This document shows, piece after piece, positions 1 to 14,660 of a DNA stretch of 64,000 nt. Positions within the stretch are counted from its first letter, which is position 1, and each line of letters starts with the position of its first letter. The translations under genes and the position numbers were made by a program. The DNA comes from Eledone cirrhosa (taxonomy: Eukaryota): NCBI GenBank assembly GCA_964016885.1, contig OZ024742.1:140492001-140556000 (forward strand). The letters are read 5' to 3'. The notes under the pieces were generated by a model, which saw only the letters and a list, made by a program, of their open reading frames with translations, searched no databases and was not told the DNA's origin.

Positions 1-2920
1 CATACAGAAAAGTCAAATTAAGAGCAAATAGTACCGAATTTGTGCAAATATACCAACTTTGGCAGACTGGGCACTTGCACTAGAGGGGTTGTCATGTACT
101 TGGTCAGACTGAAGAGCCCTCTCTACTTTATACTGTCTCTGTTTGATTACCAACTGATTTACAATGTATATTAACAATAAAAAAGAGAAGCAATAGCTAA
201 AACCAATTACAAAACCATTATAATAAATAAGGGATTATGTCGAGAATTGAATTTGTGCAATTACTTTGACTGCTATTACTACATTATCTCAAAGTTTCGA
301 CAACTGATATTTGGTATTAAAGTAGCCATGGCAGTAGCTATGTTTGTGTGTTACCAGAAAGACCTGTTCATATGAATTTGTAGAAACAAAGTAATCATTG
401 AATAAGCAGAGGGTGTTGGTGTATATAATCAATGCCATTATCAATGAAATGCACTGACTGCATTGCTATCGATATTAGCCCTTTCTTCCTTCCTTTTTTT
501 CTTCTTGTCTTCCTATCATCCTACAATTCAAGTTATTGTACTAACAAACTATACTCTCTCTCTCCTTGTTTTCTCGAAACTAAATCACCTTCTGTCCAAT
601 ATTTTCTGATAGAGAGAGAGAAAATGTGATATTTTATCTATAACTTGTTTTCCTATAGTGTTTTATTTAATATGCCCTCCCCATCTACACCACTTCTTGA
701 CTAAAATATGGTGTGGTTTGGTTGTTAGAACTAGTGTTTTATTTAACTTGTTTGATACCAAACCACCTAAAACTGCCCCTCTTTCTGGGATACAAAGCTG
801 TTTATTTTAAAGTATATATATTTATCTAAAAAAGAACTTTCATCATAATTTTCTTAAGATATGTTCTAAACGCTAGCTTAATAAGGAGAAAGTTAATTAT
901 ATTTCATATTCCTGCTAATTTTCCAAATTATTAAAAATTATAATGGTGCTTTTCATTAAAAATACAATAATGAAAGGGTTAAATACTCCTTTATTTATGC
1001 CCTCTTTGCTAAAATGTATAGTATGATTATTATACTTAGTGTTATAACTCTGAACTTCCTGTACCACATGCAACTGCATTAGCAAGATATACATGTAAAG
1101 TACAAAACAGCACTATGACTGCATTAAAACTTAAAGTCTTTATTTTAGTTTACTGCAAATTTTTACAATGATCTGTTCATTAATAAAGATACTATTAACA
1201 TTTGAATTGAGTAACCCATTTTTTTTTTAGATATTTTCTACTAAATAACTACAAGTTGTTATGGGTTAATATGCCCCCACCTTTATCTCTATTGCCACCA
1301 TCTCTTAACTGAAATGTTGTGTGATGTGCAGTAATCATTATAACTAGTGTCTTAATATACACCCTTTTTTTTCTATCTATACCACCCCCCAGCTAAACAG
1401 CGATGTGGTGTAGTTATTATAACTAGTGTTTTTTTCTTCTATCTACACCATCCCTTAGTTAAAATATGGTGTGATGTGAATATTAGAATTAAGCATCTGC
1501 TGCCTTCCTCCCAACTGTTGCACCATTTTGATATTTTTTACTCACAGTTTAGAGTAAATGGAAATTAACAACAGTATTGATCTCCTTATCTCATCCACCC
1601 CCATTACTTTATGGTTAGATATAATTTCAAAACAGCAATAACAAATGTAATAAGTATTCTGTTCAGGTTTACTCTTTCTATAAAGTTTATCTGTTGATCA
1701 ACTTTAGTTTTTTTTTTATTATGATACTATGTATGAATAAATTTACTTTCACAGCTGCATAATTACAACTGTTGCAGTGCAACCATCATCTTTTACATTC
1801 ATTACAAGTTACTCTGCCACATATCTGGATGTTACTAGTTGGTAGTCCGACAACTATGATTATCCTGTTCATACGTCTACGCACATATGCTTGCATGTGC
1901 ACATACACACACGTGTGTTCATATATATATATATATGGTGTACTTATTCTAAACTGTGTGTATCTGATATAGAATAGGTACACTGCATCCTTGTGTGTCA
2001 TAAGAAATGACTAAAAGAATTGGTGTCAGGAAGGGCATCTAGTTATAAAACATTGCCTCAAAAAGTCCCATACCCATGCCAGTGTGCAAAAGTTGATGTA
2101 AAACTGATGTGTGTGTATACGTGCATGGCTTAGTGGTTAGAGCATTGGGCGTGCAATTGAGAGGATCTTAGTTTGATTCTCAGATCAAATGAAGCACTGT
2201 GACCTTCAGCAAAACACTTTATTTCACATTGCTCCAGTTTACTCAGCTGTAGATATGAGTTGTGATGTCACTGGTGCCAAGCTGTATCAGCCATTGCCTT
2301 TCCCTTGAAAAACATTGATGGCATAGAAAGAGGAGACTGGTATGCATGGGCGACTGCTGGGTTTTCCACAAACAAACCTTGCTCAGAGGAAAACTTTCTA
2401 GCTACAAAACCATGGCCATTAGTGATCAATGGGTGCTTATTCGGGCATACAGACACAGTGTCAGATTTAGGTATAAATAAGGTACTGCTTAGGGCTTCAC
2501 CATGTCTAAATTCAGCACTATATATATCATCATCATAATTTAACATCTATTTTTACATGTTACATGGGTTATACAGGATGAGACAAGTCAGTTCTGAAGA
2601 ACAACATACTTATATGGATCTGTATTTTGGCTTGATTTCTACAGCTGGATGCTTTCCTAATGCCAACCACTGTACACACAGTGGCCTGGCTTAGTGGTTA
2701 AGCTGTTCAGCTCATGATTGTAAGTTTGATTCCTAGCAGTGTGTTGTGTCCTTGAGAATATTGAAGTAATTGCTGGCCTTGTGCCTAAAGTAGAAACAAT
2801 TAATTAGAGGCAGTTTCTACACTTTTCAGATTTTAGGTACAATCTTATTCTTTGGAAATGTCAGATAATAAACATCTAAAACATTTGATCTAGTTAATCA
2901 TTCTTTCACTACCTTTTCCT

Positions 2921-2924
<4 letters not shown>

Positions 2925-3006
<82 letters not shown>
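2925..3006. repeat. (CT)n(CA)n microsatellite
   Basis: Direct reading. Confidence 0.95.
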
Positions 3007-3007
<1 letters not shown>

Positions 3008-5999
3008 ACACTACATTTTGAAAATAAAGATCAAAACCAGTTATAGATCTCAAGCTAGTGTTGATATTGATTTTGACTTACTTGGCTTGAATTTCTCTAT
3101 GGCAACATCAGAACACACTCAACATTTTAAGACCTTCTGTATACATTCTAGAGAAACCAATCCAATAAAACTTGCTTGTTGGTTACTAACACTGCAGTGT
3201 TTCACTTTTATTGCCTTACAACAATGGTGTGTTATTCTTTTAAGGCAGGCAAATTGGAAAAGTTGTTAGTGTTGGATTTGTTCTGGCTGACTGTGCTGTG
3301 AGTTCAGATCCCACCTTTTATCTTTCCAAAGTTGATAAAGTACCTGTCCAGTATTGGGGTATCTCTCTCTTGAAGAAATCAGCTATGTTCAAACCTGGAA
3401 AGGAATGGGCTCTGCCAGGTTTTAAAAAATTCACATAATCTTGAACCATGAAGTTAGTGTGTGAGAGGGTGGTGTGGGGAGTAACATACTTTGTTAATTA
3501 AAATTACAATTGTCATGAAGAAAATGAATCATTAGTTTGAATAATAAAACACACCTAGTGTACTCTGTAAAGTCGTTGATGTTAGGAAGAGCATCTAGCT
3601 GTAGAAACTATACCAAAACTGGAATGTATGTAAATAAGACATGACCCTTGGCTCATCTAGGAGGATTGTATCTCTGTTTTAGGACTGACTTGGTCTGTAA
3701 GAAACCTTCCAATTCATAGTATCATGAAAAAGCAGAGCTAAAATAATGATTATTATGATGATGAGGAGGAGGATGGCTTGTGCTGAAATGGTTGAAAGAT
3801 TTCATTATTTATCAAGATTGGTGTTTATTTTCTGAAGTCATACAATTTGGTGTTTTAGTTTCGCCATAGCTGACTACAATTTGAACTACTGTATACACTT
3901 GTATAACTCAATCCAGTAGATAAACACACTTCCATTTTACATACAACATTTGCAATATACTACATATTTTGAATTGTTTTATAGATCCAGCAGATAGTTG
4001 CATGCTGGTTTCTCATATTGTATTTTGTGGAAATATTTGTGATTTATACACAAGTATATAGGATCATCACTATTACTATTTAACATCTATTTCCTATGCT
4101 TGTATGGGTTAGACATGCTGTTTTGTTATAAGATTAGACAAATCAGGTGACCGTGTTCTGTTTTTGGATTCTATGGCTTAATGCACTTGCTAATGCTAAT
4201 GCCCTTTTTAATACCAAATATATGTGTGTATTTGTGTGCATGTATATAGTTGTGTATTTATATATTTAGAATATCTTACTTTCAAAGACTTGTAGCTGGC
4301 CAAATCATGATGTATCCACCTATTAAGTGAAGTAGAAATGAAATGATCAAATGAATATGGTATTTGACTATCAGTTCAAAGATTTTGAGTTTAAATTGAT
4401 TGCAGGCATATCATTGTGCATTTAACCCTTTTCATATCCACATGCTCAAAATTGTCTCTGGTTCTATGAAACAAAACCACCCATTTTAAAGGGTTCCTTC
4501 CAATACAATTTTTTATAAGAACCTTTTGTTAATTTATAAATACTATCATAGTAATGATATAATTATTAAGTTTAGTATATACTTACAAATTCATCAATAA
4601 TTAATTCAAATATAGAGTATTTCTTTAGAAACACAGTCATAAAATTGAACACTTAATCCTACAGTCTTAGATTGTTGTTGTTGTTCCTTGCTTCCCACAA
4701 ATTTTCCACATTTTTTACATGATCTTTAAGATGAAAGATGATATTTATATTCCAATAAAATGATGTATTTAGTTCAAGTGGTATTTGAACTTTAACTAGT
4801 ATCTGCATTGATGGATGTTTACTCTTTGACTCTTTTACTGGTTTCAATCATTTGACTATGGCCATACTGGGGCACAACCTTCAAGGGATTTTTAGTCAAA
4901 CATAGTGACCCCAGTACATATTTTTCTAAGTCTGATACTTATTTTATTGATCTCTGTTTGTCAAACCACTAGGTTATTTGACATAAACAGAAAGCATAAA
5001 GAAAGACATGAACACAAGTATACTTATATGCATATATCATCATTATTTAACATCCATTTTTCCATGTTGGCATGAGTCGGTTGGGTCATCACAAACCAAG
5101 TCAGTACTTAATCAGAGCTATTGTTCTCCCATATGGACCAAGGGCCACATCTGACATATATTCGAGTTTTGGAATACCTGTCACCTAGCTTCTTTCTTAG
5201 CTACATGGTACCAGTCACTGTTATTCCCATTTATACAGTCTTTCTATGCTTGTCTCTTGGCTTTAATTGCTGCCTCTACTATGCTGTTCCACCACAAAGT
5301 CACCTTCTGTCGGGCTGGTGCTTTGTTCCAACCACAAGTCATGCCAGTTGTTCACAAAAGGTTGTTGTGTAAAAATTCCCAGTTGTCCTCTATGTTGTGT
5401 GTATCTAGCTTGTCATCCCTCTCATCAAGAGCATCCTGTTGGGCCTTTCTCAACCTATATTTAACCAAGAGGTCCTTTAGCTTCCAAAACCTCCGTCTCC
5501 ACGTTTTCCTGTGTCTTTTTCTGTCTTTTGTTTATTTTCATGTCACTAATAACTAACTTGTGCTAGGCGGTGCATTCTTCCCTAGGGAAGGCCTTAGTAT
5601 TTATTACAGTCTATTTGCCTTGTTGTCTAACAATTAAGTAATCTAGGTCTACATTATCTAATGTATAGTATAGTAGTTAGTATTAGTAGCTATCAGTCAT
5701 AGAGTACCTAAGACTACATATATACTTACACACACTGTATTTACTCATGTGTAAATCACACCTTTTCCATGAAACTTTGAAGTGAAAAACATCACTTCAA
5801 TGTAACTGTGTGAAAAAAGGGAGAAGTGACTTATACACAAGTATATACAATATATTCAAGCTTCCTACAGTTTCCATCTACTAATTTCACTAACTTAAAA
5901 ATGAAAAAGGTTATTTTACTAAATTCTTGATTATTTTCAAAATTAGTTGAACATTTATAGACAGTGTACTTCATTAAAAATATGGTAATACAATAACAC

Positions 6000-6585
6000 A
6001 AGTGTTTTGAGGTCATCTTCTCTGCTAAAGCAGAAGTTTACCTTGCAGCCCACATGACAAGCTTCTCCATTTTCCCCCATCATCTGCATCCTTCCTAACC
6101 AACCCCTAACTGTCATTTCCTCCTCCATCATTTTGAGCCATATTGATTTTAGTCTGCCCCTTCCTTTACTTCCTTCTACATTGACTTCCATCACTCTTCT
6201 CACCCAGTCACTTTTGTCTTTCCTCAACACATGACCCAACCATCTCATTCCATTTCTCTTCATCACTGGTTCTATTTCCATCATCCTCTACAATCCATTA
6301 TTTGTCTTCTTCTCATTCTGTGATACTCCACTTATCCACCAAACCATTTTTATTTCCATTCTTTCCAGCTTCTTTTTTTTTGTTGCTCCATATTCATCAC
6401 CCATATCTTACTCCCATAAACTATGGCACAACTCACACACACAATACACCATTCCTTCAGTTTCAACAGCACTCTACTCCTTTCAGCACACCACTCCCAT
6501 TCCTAGAACTTTTTCCATGCACATCTCACTCTAGATACTGCCTCAGAATCTGATCCACTCTCTCCATCCAACATGTCACCAAGAA
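6000..6585 (-). mobile_element. RTE 3' fragment
   Basis: RWLGHVLRKDKSDWVRRVM...GRGR. Confidence 0.8.
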
Positions 6586-6654
6586 ATTTTATTTTTTAGA
6601 AATATGATAATGAAAGATTAAAAGGAACCATCTATTTACTTTCTATCATCATAG

Positions 6655-6773
6655 GACACAGCTGGCCAGGAACGATACCGAACTATTACAACAGCATATT
6701 ACAGAGGAGCAATGGGATTTATATTAATGTATGATGTCACAAATGAAGAATCATTCAATGCTGTGCAAGACTG
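6655..6773 (+). CDS. Rab3: Rab3 GTPase internal coding exon (switch II region)
   Basis: ag|GAC...TG|gtatgt; translates [39 protein letters not shown](W). The [11 protein letters not shown] motif is Rab3-specific; 119 nt, phase 0 to phase 2. Confidence 0.97.
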
Positions 6774-7106
6774 GTATGTACCAAACAATATTTTATTTTA
6801 TTGCAGTTCTATATGATAAAAAACAATGTCTAATGATTCAGATAATATCACATGGTTTTGTAGCAGTCACTCTTTTTTCAAAACCCAGAGATCAGTTTGT
6901 AGAATAGTGGTGCTTAAACCATTATTGTTGATATTTGTTGTTGTTGCCTTTTAATAGAGTTATATGATTGAGAAACAAATCACCTTTGGATGAAATCTTA
7001 ATATGTTGCAGATAACTATCTTAAAAGCAGATGGAAATCAGATGTCCTCTGCAGAACAAAAAATCCTCTTGACCCTACATTGTCTCCACATATTCACCAG
7101 GCACCG

Positions 7107-7535
7107 CACTTTACAGAGCATACTGGGTACATTTTATCATGGCATCACCACTATCACTTTACAGAGCATCCTGGGTACATGTTATCATGGCATCACCACT
7201 ACCATTTTACAGAGCATACTGGGTACATTTTATCATGACATCACCACTACCACTTTACAGAGCATACTGGGTACATTTTATCATGGCACAAGCACTGCCA
7301 TGTAACAGAGTGTATTAGGTACATTTTATCGTGGCACCAGCACTACCACTTCACATAATGTACAGGGTACATTTTATCATGGCACAAGCACTACCACTTC
7401 ACATAATATACTGGGTACGTTTTAATATGGCACAAACATTACATCTTTATAGAGCGTAGTGGGTACATTTTATCATGGCTCCAGCACCGCCACTTTACAG
7501 AGCATACTGGGTACAGTTTATCATGGCACCAGCAC
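7107..7535. repeat. 48-bp minisatellite, about 9 copies
   Basis: Unit approximately cactttacagagcatactgggtacattttatcatggcaccagcactac. Confidence 0.9.
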
Positions 7536-8751
7536 TGTTGTGATTGCCTTGAATCTCACAAAACTGAAGTGTACTTACTACTCAAAGTTGTCAGTTTATT
7601 CAAAGCAACATGGCCAAAAGAGTGAAAGGAAGAGAAAGAGAGCAATAATAGAATAACTACTATAAGGAAGTGAAATATGGGATAAACAATGATACAATGA
7701 TTGTGGGAGAAGGTGGTAGAAGAGGGGGTTAATAGAAGGAAGAGAATGATTAATGAGAGAGGAGCAGTAGTGGCAGCTACATGTCTGCTTACAGTAAAGC
7801 AAGTGATGGATAATAGTTGAGATAGACTATGGAAAGCTAGATTGATGAATGTCAATAATGAGTGACCTAGAGGAGAGGGGGGTGATAGCTAGCAGTACAG
7901 AAATGTGATGGCAGGGTGGATCAAATACAAACAGATCTAATGCAATCCTTCATTACACAGACATTGTGATAGGAGAGAGAGTTAAAATGGTAAGGATGGT
8001 GGTAGGAGAAGATTGAATACGGACAAAGCCAATTTCATCTCTCATTACATGGATGACATGGTACAGTGAATGAAAGAGAGTATGAAGGATACAAGGGTAT
8101 TGAAAAGATAGATGGTGAGGCACCAGATGGTGGCTTAACTGGAACATAATGGGCAAGAGACCTAAATGGAGATACATCCTACATTCCAGCTTCCATCATT
8201 GCCACCATTTTAATGTTTGTGTTGCCATACCTTTTGAGGTGGGTGTGTTTTCTCCAGCACTGCATGTTACCAATCATTGCAATATTTTGTCATCTTTTTA
8301 TGAGACTTGGCATCTTGAGATCAGTTTCACCACATCGTCTCTTGTTTCTCCAGGGCTGTTTCTTCCTCATGCTCCATTTACTTTGAGGGACTTACAGAGT
8401 ATCAACATCACTATCTGTTCCCATAATAATTGTTCTTATTACTCAGCCACTCAAGAGTTTGTCAGTCATTTATGAATATATTTAAAGAACTATGCATCTG
8501 TTGATGTTGTTATGCCCTTATCACAAATATACTCAGTTTTGAATTATTTTCCTGTTCAGGGCAAGGTTGAACATTATATCAGGGAGCCTCTTCCTATAAC
8601 AGAGGTCATGAAATGTTGTGATGTTGAATGACATGTTATTATGATTCATCCAGTTCTATGTAGTATCTAGGTCTTGTTGAGGCTAATATATATTGTCCTT
8701 AGACTTCATTTCAAGCCCTTTAATTGTGGCATTGGCATAGCTGTTGTGTGT

Positions 8752-9510
8752 CAGCTGAAAATTCATAGGCTGACCAAAATACCTTCATGGAATGTGACCA
8801 AATGAGGTTTATTTTTAAACATTGCCTTCCTTGCAGTCCACATACTTCTGTTATTCGTGTTACAGTGCTTGGATCCCATTAGTGAAGAGTTTTTCATCCT
8901 GTTGGTCAAAAAAGTCATGAACAGCAGATATGACGTCACTATCACTGTGATACTGGTTCCCAGCCAAGTGTTTTTTCATGTTGGTAAACAGATGATAGTC
9001 AGATGGGGCCAAATCAAGAGAAAAGGGAGGGTGATCAACCAGTTGAAAGCCACAGTCATGCACAGCAGCCATTGAAACTATGAACTTTCGTCAGTTTTCC
9101 TGGGCGTTTGGTCTTGATAACCTTTCATAACTACCTCAGCAAGTTGGCATAGTATTCACCATTGATACGGTGGCCCTTTTAAAGATAGTCAATAAACACA
9201 ATTCTTTTTGCATCCCCAAAATTGAGGCCATCACCTTTCCTGCAGATGAAATGACCTTGGCCTTCTTTGGAGCAGATGAGGAGGGGTGTTTCTATTGCAT
9301 GGATTATCTCTTTGTCTCTGGCTCAAAGTGATGAATCCAACACTCATTCTGGGTTAGGAAACCTTCAAGGAAACCAGCTGCAATGTCAGATTTTCCCGTG
9401 ATGTGATTAGCCTGGTGTGCTTTTGATCAGGTGTCAGATGTGGCACCCACTAAGCAGAAACGTTCATCATACCAAGTTCATTGTGCTGAATATTCTCAAC
9501 TCTCTCACAG
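8752..9510 (-). mobile_element. Mariner transposase fossil (3' half)
   Basis: HPPFSLDLAPSDYHLF matches the mariner YSPDLAPSD motif. Confidence 0.88.
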
Positions 9511-10246
9511 GATATTCTAATAATAGGTGTTATAATTATTAGTATTTCTAAGGGCAGTGGATTGGCAGTATCAGTAGAGCATCGTGTTTTGTGGTATATA
9601 ATTGTAGTCCTTTACATTCTGAGTTCAAATCCTGCTAAGGTTAGCTTTGCCTTTCATCCTTACAGGGTTGATAAAATAAAGTACCAGTAATGCACTGGGT
9701 CAATTTAATCAACTTTCCCTTTCCCCAAATTGTTGGTTTTGTGCCTAAATCAGAAACCATTATTATTAGGGAATTGGCAGTATTGGTAGAGGGTTGGACG
9801 CCATGCTTTCTAGCATAGTTACATCCCTTTACAGTCTGAGTTCAAATCCCGCCAAGGTTAACTTTGCCTTTCATCCTTACGGGGTCAATAAAATAAAGTA
9901 CCAGTAATGTACTGGGTAATTGCTGGCCTTGTGCTTAAAGTAGAAACAATTATTATTAGTATTTTTTTTAACATTTCTTATAGCTGTCCAGTATCTAAAT
10001 AGCTCTGAGGAAATATTTTCAGAGGCTTAGCAAGGCTGGCTTCAAAAGATTCCAGGAGTAGAGCACGAAGTTCATTCATGATAACTTATTTATTTATATA
10101 TAAATAGGGAGACACAAAGCAGGCTTTGTTTACAAACGGCTAGCGAATTTGAAATTTAGGTAGTAACATGTGCTTATGCCGTATTTGACTACATAAAATT
10201 AGTTGGGATTTTAACGAACCCTCTGAATGGAAAAAAGGATGAGTAT

Positions 10247-10317
10247 TGACATACATGGGACACAAACCCACATCTTTGGTTTGCTGGACTAATGTGTTAC
10301 CATTACACCAACACGTC
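10247..10317 (-). pseudogene. tRNA-like cloverleaf with AGC (Ala) anticodon, decayed
   Basis: GACGTG...TATGTC-A acceptor, GTGT/ACAC D arm, TTAGT-CCAGCAA-ACCAA anticodon arm, GTGGG-TTTGTGT-CCCAT T arm. Confidence 0.6.
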
Positions 10318-10549
10318 ACCCATGCTTCCTTCTATTCAATTAGAAGCTATATAACCATAGCAGGTATATATATGTCTATAAATAGGGAGACACAAAGCAG
10401 TCTTTGTTTCCATTCAGAAGGTTTTTAAAATCACAACTTCTATGTAGTCAAATACGAATCCTAGTGAGTTGCCTTAAAAAGTCAAGGGCTTTCAGAAGCT
10501 GGGATTTTGATATGGAAGGATAGAAATAAAAAAAGATGACTTAACATGT

Positions 10550-11660
10550 GGATGTCAAGTATTTATTGTTGACAATGCTTTTTGTTGCTTTCATCATCTA
10601 TCCTTGATAGTTCAGCTGCTATCTCTGCTGTTGTATTCTTAATAACTGTTTTAACTGCTTAACTGTCAATTTATATAGCTGGGCCCTTTGTTAGGTCTGT
10701 TTAGGATAAGTCTTTTATCTCTAGTGCATTCTTCTCATTCAGCAACTTGGTTGTAACATTTTGATGCTGCTCTCTTCTTATTCTCATTGAGGGTGAGTGT
10801 ACCACTATCATTTCATATGCATTTTCTGTCTTGATTTGCCCTAACACACTGCTTTGCAACCCAGAACACCTCATACCTCCGGTCCTCTTGTTGCAAAACA
10901 TTGGTAAACTTACTTTCAGCTGCTCTCATTATGTATACCCAATGTCAAGCTTTTCTTCTTGCATACCTGATATTGTTCCTTGCTTCTTACTTTCTTGAAA
11001 TCTTTACAGGCCTTTCTTTTAGCTTCTGACTCGATCCTTGCTCCATCTACACATCTAGTCTGGAGCTCACAAGTTGTTTTCTAAAACTACTTGATGTTCT
11101 GTGTGTTATAAATGTCTATCGCTCTGCCTTCTCATCACATGTCATCTAGTACTTCTTTGATTCTACATCTAGTTGAAGGAGCTTCCATACCTTCTTTCTT
11201 CAGATTATCTTGTGTCTGTGAGTTTGTCTAGTTCTATGTTCAACTTGCTGATCACTACTCTATGTTAATTGTTAAATTCTTTATCAATGAAAGATTTAGT
11301 ATTCAGAACCATCTGCTTATCCAGTTTCCAGATGAGTATGGAGGCAATCTCGCTTGTGTGTTTACCAAATATGTAGATAATTAAGTGCCTGGCTGGTTAG
11401 TTAGTGTTGTAGATGGTTAGGTCATTTATATCACAGAACTCATTGAGCCTTAATTCTTCCACATTTCTAGCTACTATGTACTTCAGAGTAACTATCATAT
11501 TGTTGCTCAACATGTCCATTAAAGTCATCAGATGTTGTAATACATCCACTCTCATTTGTTATCAAGTGGTTTGCAAAAATGTCTAATGAAAATGGTCCTT
11601 TTGTTCATTTGTCATTTCTGACTGTGTTACATATGCTGAGATAGCAGTTGCCATTGCACT
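10550..11660 (-). mobile_element. Highly decayed RTE fragment (APE and linker)
   Basis: DFNGHV and FCDINDLTI remnants on the minus strand. Confidence 0.55.
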
Positions 11661-14454
11661 ACCTATATCTAGTCTAAGCTTAAATATTTTGTCTCATATA
11701 TCTGACTACCTTAATTACTTAATATTTTGTCACATACTTAGACTATCTTAATTACTTATCCATTTCTCTGCCATCTCTTATCCATTATCCATTACTCTGC
11801 CATCAATATGCTTATTTAACCCTCTCCAGTGCTATTATTTGTGAGGGATCTGGTTGAGGCTTTCCTTCATCTTATCTTGTATACACAGTGCATGTCTACT
11901 TGCTTCTACTCCACTCCAGCATCAATAATTTGTTGGCAGTCAGGAGTTTCTCACACATGTCCAAATATATCTAACTAACCACCCAACTTCTATGACCAGC
12001 ACTAACATAGTAAATGTTAGTACTGTATATACAATTAGCGTTTTTCATTATATTTGTGACTGTCATGATTTTGGCATAGGTTTTATTGGTTGGATATCCT
12101 TCTTATCACCAATTTACAAAGTATACTGGGTGTATTTATCATGCCACCAACACTATAGGGGTTGTCTGTCAGAATTAAAGGTTGTGAATTAACGGAGTTG
12201 GATGAAATGCCTTGCAGTATTTATGCTGGCTTTCTCCACTCTTGAGGTCAACTTTACCTCTTATCCTTTCTGAGACAATAAAATGAAATACTACTCCAGG
12301 GTGATAGATAGATTTGCATTCTGAATTCAAATCACATTTTGGGCTAATTTGGGGGTAGACCTAATCCAATACCCAGTTTAGCACCATTTTATGAACCTTG
12401 GGTGCCTTTAGTGAAGTCCACTCTGTTGTAAGCAAATAAGCAAGGTCTTTAGTTTGAGAATACCTTCATCTTCCTTCCTACCAATCATGGTATCAGCATT
12501 AGAGAAGTTGCCATGTCCTCTGCAAGACTAAAAAGCCCTTTCTACTCTATGTTGCCTCCATTCTTTCAAACCAAATGGTACCAAGAAGGTGAAAGAAGAG
12601 AAAGAGTAAGAGCATGAATATGATAGGGGAGGAAATAAAGTGTTAGGATTGAAAGGATGGTGGCAGGAGAGATGTAATGGAAGACGATGGCTACATCCTG
12701 GTTATTGGGAAGGAGAATGGATAGAAAAACACTTTGGGCACTGTGATGGGATAGCAATTAAGATAGATAATGGTAAGGAGAGTGAATGATGAAAAGCTAT
12801 TGCTTTTACCGCCAGGTGATGATAAATGAGATAGGTAGAAGTTAATGAAGAGTTACATGAGTGACATCTTAAAAAGAAAATGGATGGATACATAAGATGA
12901 ACATCATTCTAGATATACTATACCTTAGAATTAGATAGAATGGTCATGGTTTTTTATGATACATAGCTGGTATGTTTTTGATCATAGGTCTGCTTGATCA
13001 GACCTCTCCTGGGGCTAAGCAACAGCAACATTTGTAATTCTCTTTTTTATTTATTTTCTTTTATAGAATAAGTTTTATGTTGTGAGTAATTTAGAAGATT
13101 TTATTTATATAACTGTTTATACCAAACCACTGAAACCAGCCATAGTTCTAAGCTGTAGTGTTTCTATTTATTCCATCATAATTCTATATGAGAATTTTTC
13201 AAATGTTATACTTGAAACAACAACTTAATAATGAGAAAGTTATAATACTAAATCTCTCCAAACTCTTGATTATTTTGAAAAAGATTTGAAAATTGTATGG
13301 CAGTCTCTTTCATTAGAAATATGCTGACACAAGGGTTAAGTAACATTTCAAACATCAATTTACTAACAAGAAAGTTAGTAATATTACTAAATCCTCCAAA
13401 CTCTTGATTATTTTTTTAATTGTTTGAAAATCCTAAGCAGTGTCTTTTGTTAGAAATATGGTAATGAAGGGGAAATTTTGGAATATTTAAAGCCAATTCT
13501 GTGTAGGTGTTAATAATAAAATATAATAATGGCTGGTGTTAAAAGACTACAATATAGATTGTAAGAAAAAGCTTGCCTTAGTACTCTCCCCCTCACAGCT
13601 ATTGAAATTGTTAATGTGTTCCTTTAGAATACATCAATCTAGAGGGGGTAGAGTTCACTTGCACACCCCCCATATACTATTGGTTGCTGCAGCTTTATAG
13701 CATCACTACTGCTACAGCTACTGCTACTACTACATGTCATGACATTGTGAAAATCAATATTCTAACTAACAAGCCTTTCTCTCTGTTCAAAGAGAAACCA
13801 CTGCAACATTGCTGCAGAGCCTCGTGAATATAAACTGGCCAGTTTGGTTATTGCATACATGCATTCATTTACACACACATATTTATACACACACACACAC
13901 ACACTTGTACCTATGCTTACGCATTCACACAAAATACTAACAGAATGGCCACATATAATATACACTCACACAAACATACACTCACACATACATACACTCA
14001 CACATACATACACTCACACAAACATACACTCACACACACATACGCCCACAAACACACACATACGCCCACATAAACACACACATACGCCCACATAAACACA
14101 CACATATACACATAGTAAGAGTTGATCATTATATATATATATATATATTTAGATCGTATTTCTACTGCGATTGATGTCCATATCTTTTCACTTACTTCCA
14201 CTACACCACACTATATTGATTACTCCAGAAAATCGGTACCTGTCCACTTTTAACTGTACATATTTGTCTTCATTGATACTAATCTATTTATATGATTTAA
14301 TACAGTAACAACAACAACATGGATTGATAAAATAGAATTTAAAAAATGGGAAAAAATGCAAGCTCATATATATAGTAAGAACATGGATTGATGATAAAAT
14401 AAAATAAATGGAAAAAAAAAACAAAAAAAAAACAAAGCTCACCAGCTGCTTTAC

Positions 14455-14660
14455 TCCTACTCCATCTACTACTATACTCCTACCCAAACTACTACTATAC
14501 TCCTACCCAAACTACTACTATACTCCTACCCAAACTACTACTATACTCCTACTCCAACTACTACTTTACTACGACTATACTCCTACTCTAATTACTACTA
14601 TTTTACTCCTTGTCCTCTTCCTACTACAACTACAACTTTATTCCTACTCTAACTACTTCT
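14455..14660. repeat. (TAC)-rich repeat with a ~24-bp tandem unit
   Basis: actactactatactcctacccaa repeated. Confidence 0.85.

Noticed and set aside
1-6654. Rab3 N-terminal exon (GNSSVGKT, TVGIDF)
   Set aside because: Not found by eye; presumably upstream of the window.
7003-7535. Repetitive ORF and CRISPR-like periodicity
   Set aside because: Head-to-tail 48-bp tandem with no unique spacers and no cas genes; eukaryotic minisatellite.
10247-10317. Functional tRNA-Ala gene
   Set aside because: T-loop TTTGTGT lacks TTCRA, and there are mismatches or wobbles in the anticodon and acceptor stems; treated as repeat-derived.
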